Origin: the human T2T-CHM13v2.0 reference genome, Homo sapiens
Direction: 5' to 3' (one strand)
Assembly: GCF_009914755.1 (NCBI RefSeq)
Contig: NC_060931.1
Length of the DNA stretch: 64,000 bases
This document shows positions 60,752-64,000 of this stretch, piece by piece; within the stretch, counting starts at the first letter, position 1, and the number at the start of each line of letters is the position of its first letter. The translations under genes were made by a program, and so were the position numbers. The notes under the pieces were generated by a model. That model did not search any database. It saw nothing but the letters and a program-made list of their open reading frames with translations, and was not told where the DNA came from.

Positions 60752-63199
60752 TTAACAAATGAATAACTTACCATTGTACCACCCTAAGTTACCAGGAAAA
60801 CTACCCTAAATTACCAATAAAATTGTTCCTCCTATCTTTCTCCTCTGCCTCTGCTCTACTTCCCTTCAAAAAGTTCTTTACTCCACAATTTCCCCAAACA
60901 GAAAATTTTCCTGATTCTCCTATCCCTCTGTTCTTTCTGTCACTCTCTTCAAGATCCTTTTCCTCTTCTATCCCACCAGCATCCCCCTTTGATTCTCTGC
61001 CTATATTCTCCTTCATCTTGATTCACTCCTTCACAGCTCATCTGCTTCCACAAGATCAACTAACATTTCCATACTGATGAATCCCCAAAGAACATTTTTA
61101 GCCTTTATTTTTAACCAGTCTCTGATTCTGTATTTCCAGTTTCCTTCAGGATATGTCTCCTTGAATGACTGGATACACTATTAGAATTCAAAACTTCTAG
61201 TTTCTCTACATCCTCCTAATCTCCTTGTATATAAACTCAATACTTGGGGACATATAATTATCCTATGTAATCCTAACAATCTAAAATCTTCACCATTTGC
61301 TAGTCCTTACACCCAGAATGAACTATGTTATCTGCTTTATGTCACCACAGGATGCTAAAATGTTATTGAAAATAGCCACTAAAAAATGTAGCAAATGTTT
61401 CTAATACAAACTGATGAGTTCACAATATTCTATGAGTAAATATAATAGAGTTCCCTCTATTTTCCTACTAGACATCTGTTTCTGATTTTTCAATATTACA
61501 AAGAAAACTGTTATCTTATCATTATACATATTTTCATATTTAATAATATCTCCTTAGTGTAGCAGTCCAGAAGTGAAATTAATGGGGAAAAAAGATAAAA
61601 GAATTGTTAAGGTTCTTGATAAATACTGACAAGCTTATTTCCAAAACAATATTATCACAACGTTAGCTCCATGAGTGCAGGAATCTTGTCCCTTGTGCAT
61701 ATGATAGGCACTAGTAATACAACAATGATAAACAGTAAGCATTCAATAAATTTTATTTAAATAAACTAATCAATCAACCAATCAGATCTATGAAAGTACT
61801 TACAAATGATAAACAAACATTCCTTTATATCTTTATTATATCATTATACTATATTTACTTACTCCCCCTTTAAGAGTAAACATGTCACTGCTTTGAGCAA
61901 TGAAATACAAGCAAAAGTGGTATGTGATACTTCTAGTCAAAAGTTTCAAGTGCCATTTATCATGTCCTTTCCCTCTGTCACAGCAACCTAAATGACAGGC
62001 AAAAGTTTCTGTTACTATTATATATCATCGATAATTTCTTATAGTAAAATATAGCTTTTCCCTTAAAACATATCCTTTTTACTGATCAGAAATTCACCGG
62101 GAACTCCCTCTTCAGTGCAGGGGGATCCTATGGTAGGAGGATTACAAGTGTGCACTGTCATTCCTAAGAAAGAATATGGAGCAATAAAGGAAATTGCTAA
62201 AGTCTGGAAAGCATTCTTGGCTTTCTGCTTTGAAATGAAGCTGACTTGGAAAATCAGAGAATTTGAATAAAGTTATCTTAGATTTCAATGAAAGAAAAAT
62301 GCTTCATGGAGTAGCTCTTTGTATTACTGCACCTCTAGAGGCCCCAGAAGACAACTAAAAACCAGGCAATATGCTTTATTTTGAAATTCAGCTGTGTGGG
62401 CTGAGATGTCACCTTAGCATGAGGGTCAAAGGAGTACAGGGAGAGAGGGTAGCCAGAGCCTCAGTCACAAATTGTAACTCACACTTAAACTCATTTGAAA
62501 TGCAATAAACAAACTAAACAGAATAAGCACACAACTACTTGGGCACTCGAATTGAGTTTTTTAAGAAATTTTAACTGTTATTATCTAAATGCTATTAGAT
62601 AAGGAATATTTCTTTCACAAATACAGCTGAACACATTGATGTTTAAGAGTTTTAGTGCAAATTCCAAGAACTAAAAGAAAATAGAGGAAGACAAATTAGA
62701 AATGAGAAGCTAACTTAATGCCAACAAATTAACCTTTCAGAAAGTTAGAAAGAAAGAACAAAAGAGTCAGGCTATTTTATTATTGTTTTGTTTATACTTC
62801 ATAAGCAAAGGTATTCGTGGGAGATTTTTTAATAAATGTTTTCCTTGTCTTTTTTTTTAAGTGGTTAAAGAAGAAAAGTTAACTAGGAGAAGATAGGAAT
62901 GACAGCAGTTATTTGCAAATTTTTCCACAAGGAAAATCCTATCAAAATCCTTCTTTGATATTATTTGTCCTTATAATTTGTTCCCACAATTGCCAAAAAA
63001 AAAGATTACAGTCAGGTTGCATGATTATCTAAAGCCCAACATGATGTTCTATGTTTTTATCACAATTCAAGATTACTGCATTTTTCCTACCATAATATTA
63101 ATTAATGGTCAATATAAAAATATGGACTATATTGAACCCCAGGCAAAAGGAAAAAATACACCCACAAAACTGTAAGACTATGACACTAGTAAATCATTA

Positions 63200-63545
63200 T
63201 TCAGCATTTTAGTATAGTTCCTTCTCATATTTTTCCAAGCCATGTTTTTGCTTGCTTATTTGATTCTATATACATGCTTAACCATCTTATTCATTTATTT
63301 ATTTAACAGCATAATCTTTTTCCATGTTACCATAAACTCTTCACAGGCTTCACTTTAGGTATGGTATTCCATCAAGTGTACATTCCACAATTTATATTTT
63401 GACTTAGTGCTGGATAGTTGCTTTCAATTTTTGTACCATTACAAATAATTCTGTTAGGAACTTATTAAACATAAGCCTTTCCAATATTTCAAATTCTTTT
63501 CCTAAAATACGTTCCTCACAACTGAATTACTATATATCAAAAACA
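63200..63545 (-). mobile_element. Old L1M fragment
   Basis: ggtattccatcaagtgtacattccacaattta...gttgctttcaattttt antisense L1 motifs. Confidence 0.55.
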
Positions 63546-64000
63546 ATAATCAAAATTAAAAGCCAATATGGTATCTGGGATTTGGTACAAAATAATACAG
63601 ATTGGGGAAGCAGATGGGAGTTCCAAGTGAAGCACATTTAATTTTTTTCAAAATAAAACATTCAAACAAAAAATTAAAAGCAAAAAAAATCATCCTGAAA
63701 TACACACACACATACACGCACACGCACAGGAACACACATTCTAGCAAAGATGAAAGTATTTTTATGGCTCTTGCTACACATTGCCAAGTTGCTTCCCTAA
63801 AGAGTTGTAATCATTTTTATTCCCAATATATAGCTTAAGGTTTATAGTGAAGGCTTTTTTAACTCCTCTTTTCTTTGAAGTCTTTGTTTGTACATTGACT
63901 TTGGCATGTCTCTGCAACCTACTGCAAATTTTTCCTATTGAGATATGTTCCTGAGTTTTCACTTTATTCTGGAGACTGGAAATCGCTCTTATGATGCTCT

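Noticed and set aside
60801-61077. Ser/Phe/Pro-rich and Glu/Lys-rich ORFs
   Set aside because: Low-complexity pyrimidine-rich, L2-like sequence.

Overview
Primate (human/great-ape-like) AT-rich genomic DNA, dominated by interspersed repeats, with no confidently identifiable host protein-coding exon. Most L1 copies lie on + and the + strand looks A-rich, suggesting a long intron of a minus-strand gene (inference; gene not identified). Main contents: (1) a full-length ~6.0-kb L1PA2/late-L1PA3-type LINE-1 (48005-54033, 15-bp TSD) with intact ORF1, intact antisense ORF0 and a disabled ORF2; (2) a truncated ASS1 processed pseudogene (13634-14420) inside an old L1M; (3) two 5'-inverted (twin-primed) L1s; (4) a near full-length Tigger1; (5) solo LTRs, Alus, MIR/L2 and hAT relics. 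The most unusual structure is a MER21 U5+PBS segment fused to a truncated L1, with both parts enclosed by one 16-bp TSD (34282-38005): an LTR/L1 chimeric retro-insertion later invaded by nested THE1 LTRs and an Alu. A 153-bp locally templated duplication straddles the young L1. I found no evidence for a wholly new biological system. Subfamily names come from recalled consensus sequences and need RepeatMasker/Dfam confirmation.
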